A stretch of 64,000 nt of DNA, taken from contig NC_058368.1 in NCBI RefSeq assembly GCF_018350175.1, positions 138,324,001 to 138,388,000 on the forward strand. The letters run 5' to 3'. Below the pieces are notes generated by a model. It saw only the letters and a list, made by a program, of their open reading frames with translations. It was not told the origin of the DNA and did not search any database. Each line of letters starts with the position of its first letter. Within the stretch, counting starts at the first letter, position 1. The position numbers and the translations under genes were made by a program. Origin of the DNA: Felis catus. Taxonomy: Eukaryota. Of this stretch, positions 61,551 through 64,000 are shown one piece after another.

Positions 61551-61939
61551 AGTAGGACTTAACATTTTAGTCTACCTATTTGTGTATTTTCTACAAAGAA
61601 AATATATTCAGCTACTACTTGAATTCGGCAACTAAAATTTAAAAATATATATGCTACATCATTATTGTGGAACACTACATATTCATTAAATTAAGCTAAA
61701 ATGTTTTAAAACATACTTATTGATTTGGGGGAAAATCCCAATTAAGTGAAAAAAAGGTTTCAAACCAGTATGTGCTATATATATTGCTTTATAAAAGTTG
61801 ACATATAGCACACACCCATGTAGGTACATAAACAAATACTAGGGAAAAAGCACACGCCAAATAGCGGTTATCTCTGGATGGTAGGATTATGGGTGTTTAT
61901 TTTTTTCTTTACACTTACAGCTCGTAGATTTTTCCTTAG

Positions 61940-62365
61940 TAATGCTGTGTAACAGCACCCCAACACTCATTAGCTGAAGACAACAGTCATTTGTTTTCTC
62001 ACTCAAAACCATGCGATTATCTAGGCATTTCTAGGTTGGGCTCAACTTGGTTAGCTGTGGCCCTAAGCTGCAGATTGGGTCCAGGTCTACTCTATGCATT
62101 TCATCTTCCTTGGGGCAGTGGGCTAGCCAGGGCATGTTCTTCTCATGGCAATGGCAGAGGTGTGAAGGAGAAAGGGGAAACTCATGCCATGCCTTCAGGC
62201 TTTGGTTTAGAGTTGGCACACCGTCCTTTCTGCCCACATGGCCAAACCTGAATCAATGGGGGAGGGAAATAGATACTGTTTCTAGAGCAAGGATCTGCAA
62301 AGTCATTGCAAAGGGCATGGATGCAGACAGTGGTGACCTTTGGTAACTATAATGCAGTCTACCAC
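61940..62365 (-). mobile_element. MLT1I/J/K-like MaLR solo LTR
   Basis: AATGCTGTGTAACAGCACCCCAACACTCA...CATGTTCTTCTCATGGCAATGGCAGAGG...AGAGTTGGCACACCGTC...TATAATGCAGTCTACCACA. Confidence 0.75.
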
Positions 62366-63247
62366 AATTGAAGTGTGCTTTCTAATCTCCCCCGCTGTGA
62401 AAATACATCACTGATGAAATAAGCATCTCGTTATATAATATGTGGTTCCTCAGAAATACGGGTGATAAAACAAGGATTTGGGAGCAGCAGTGCTTTGCAG
62501 CTCCAGTCTGTTGGCTTTGTGGATTATCTCTAATTTTATCCTGCCAGTTAATGTTTCTACCAGTGCCTTAGGACACACCCGAGAAAAACTTGTCTTCTGT
62601 TTAACAAACTTGCAGGCCTCGTCTTTCCTTATCAGAACTCCTCCTCTGTTAGGAGAGTTCATGTACCTCGGGAGAATGGCTGGGAATGCTACATGATTTG
62701 CTGAGGACTATAAAACTATGAGCAGGAATGGCAGCCAGTAACTGCGTTCTAAGGTGGGCATAGAGCAAAGTTATCAGACGCCATTTTGTACTGTTCTGCA
62801 AATCTCAAATGAAGCAATGAAGTTTATCTCAAGTCTTTTGGCTTCATAATGGCAAGAAACAATGGCCATTATCTCAAGGCACACATTAATGACAATGACT
62901 TATTGTCTCCAGTTGTTTCTTCTGCCATGCCTTATTGCACCAGAAACACCATATTAGAGTAATGAGAGAGGATATTAAACCCCAACGTTGACCTACACTG
63001 CCTTCCTTGCCATCACATCCGTCCACAAAAGACAACACCACTTTTGGAGAATGTACTTGGGACAGAAATCGCTACCATTTTTGCCCCTAATTCCCCTCTG
63101 CCCCCCCCCAAGCTAACCTTTGGATTCAGTTCCCTTGTGAGGAGCCCCTAGACCCTTTCAGGAATGCAAGAATTCTCCCACCAGTCTATTTTAAACTCCT
63201 TAAAGAAAAGGCTTTCATTCAATCCCATCTGCGGTGGTGTGTTGGGG

Positions 63248-63272
63248 TGTGTGTGTGTGTGTGTGTGTGTGT
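63248..63272. repeat. (TG)n microsatellite
   Basis: About 12 TG units. Confidence 0.95.
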
Positions 63273-64000
63273 ACATGTGTATGACAGAAAATTTTTTGCA
63301 ATGCAAATATTTGTGGATGTTTCAACCTTCTGCTCCTCTCAATCTTAGTCATGCCTTGGTCAAACTATGTCTTAATTACTTTAACCTTTTTTCATCGATC
63401 ACTTGATCCCTCTTTTCCACTCTATCAAGCTTTCTCTTGTTTATTAGGTGCCCAGAGTAGAGGACAAAATTCTCTAGATTTGCCCCCAGATTACATCTGG
63501 GTCCCACATAGTCAACATCGGAAATGGATTGGAGAGCTTCAGGAGCAGAGAACTTGTTCTTGCTACTTTAGATACACTCGAGTACTCATTTAACTCAAAA
63601 GAGACAATATTTCCATTCTGAGTAGTCAAGCAATAAAGAAAAGACGCTTCAGGCTTTTTTTTTACACAGAGACTTAGTAGCATGTCTGAGGCCCCAGGCT
63701 GAGGCTGCTGGAGTGTGAGGGGCTTTGTGCCTCTGGTTGGTGGCTAATACACGGTCAAGGCAGCATATTTTTCATCTCTATCCCGAGATCTGCCCAATGG
63801 AAATGTAATCACACATTTCATCAAGGTTCCCATCTTGTTAACCGTACCTTACCTTAAAATACTTAGGAGAGGGTACCGCTTGTGAAGAGTATGCTTAGGA
63901 TGGAAATCACCCCTCCCCTCTGTCCCTGCCTCCTCTCTCCTTTCCTACCTCCCTAAGCCAAGCCTCGGGTTCAACCTCTGTAGTTCAGCTCCCCTGACAG

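Larger units (their letters stand above)
60780..61915 (+). mobile_element. Ancient L1ME-like 3' fragments interrupted by two SINEs
   Basis: GTAAATTGTGGCATGTCCA...CTAAGTGAAAAAGAGAAGTTGCA; AATAGCGGTTATCTCTGGATGGTAGGATTATGGGTG. Confidence 0.65.

Noticed and set aside
1..64000. CRISPR array, tRNA/snRNA genes, NUMT, viral insert or operon-like system
   Set aside because: No regularly spaced repeat-spacer array; tRNA-like boxes all belong to SINE heads; no mitochondrial, viral or gene-dense segment recognised

Overview
Eukaryotic, mammalian DNA, almost certainly a felid (cat-family) genome: it carries 25 near-full-length CAN-SINEs, many of the young SINEC_Fc type, most with clear target-site duplications. 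The rest is eutherian repeat background (L1M, L2, CR1/L3, MIR, MLT1, MER5A, MER81, MADE2, MER21) plus microsatellites. The first ~17.9 kb looks like the end of a + strand gene: an AT-rich intron with antisense L1 relics, then a terminal exon at 17564-~17900 (branch point, acceptor, 54-residue C-terminus, AATAAA, GT-rich element). I could not name the gene. The remaining ~46 kb appears intergenic, with several repeat-poor, TAAT-rich blocks that may be enhancers. Nearly all ORFs in the supplied track look spurious (SINE or low-complexity frames). The most unusual structure is a non-repeat, near-perfect 29-bp inverted repeat at 55071-55149 with pri-miRNA-like geometry. Other points of interest are retrotransposition oddities: a tail-only SINE, a direct-repeat-flanked L1 5' fragment and nested elements. 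I found no prokaryote-like system or CRISPR array. Repeat family names come from recalled consensus similarity, and boundaries of old repeats are approximate.
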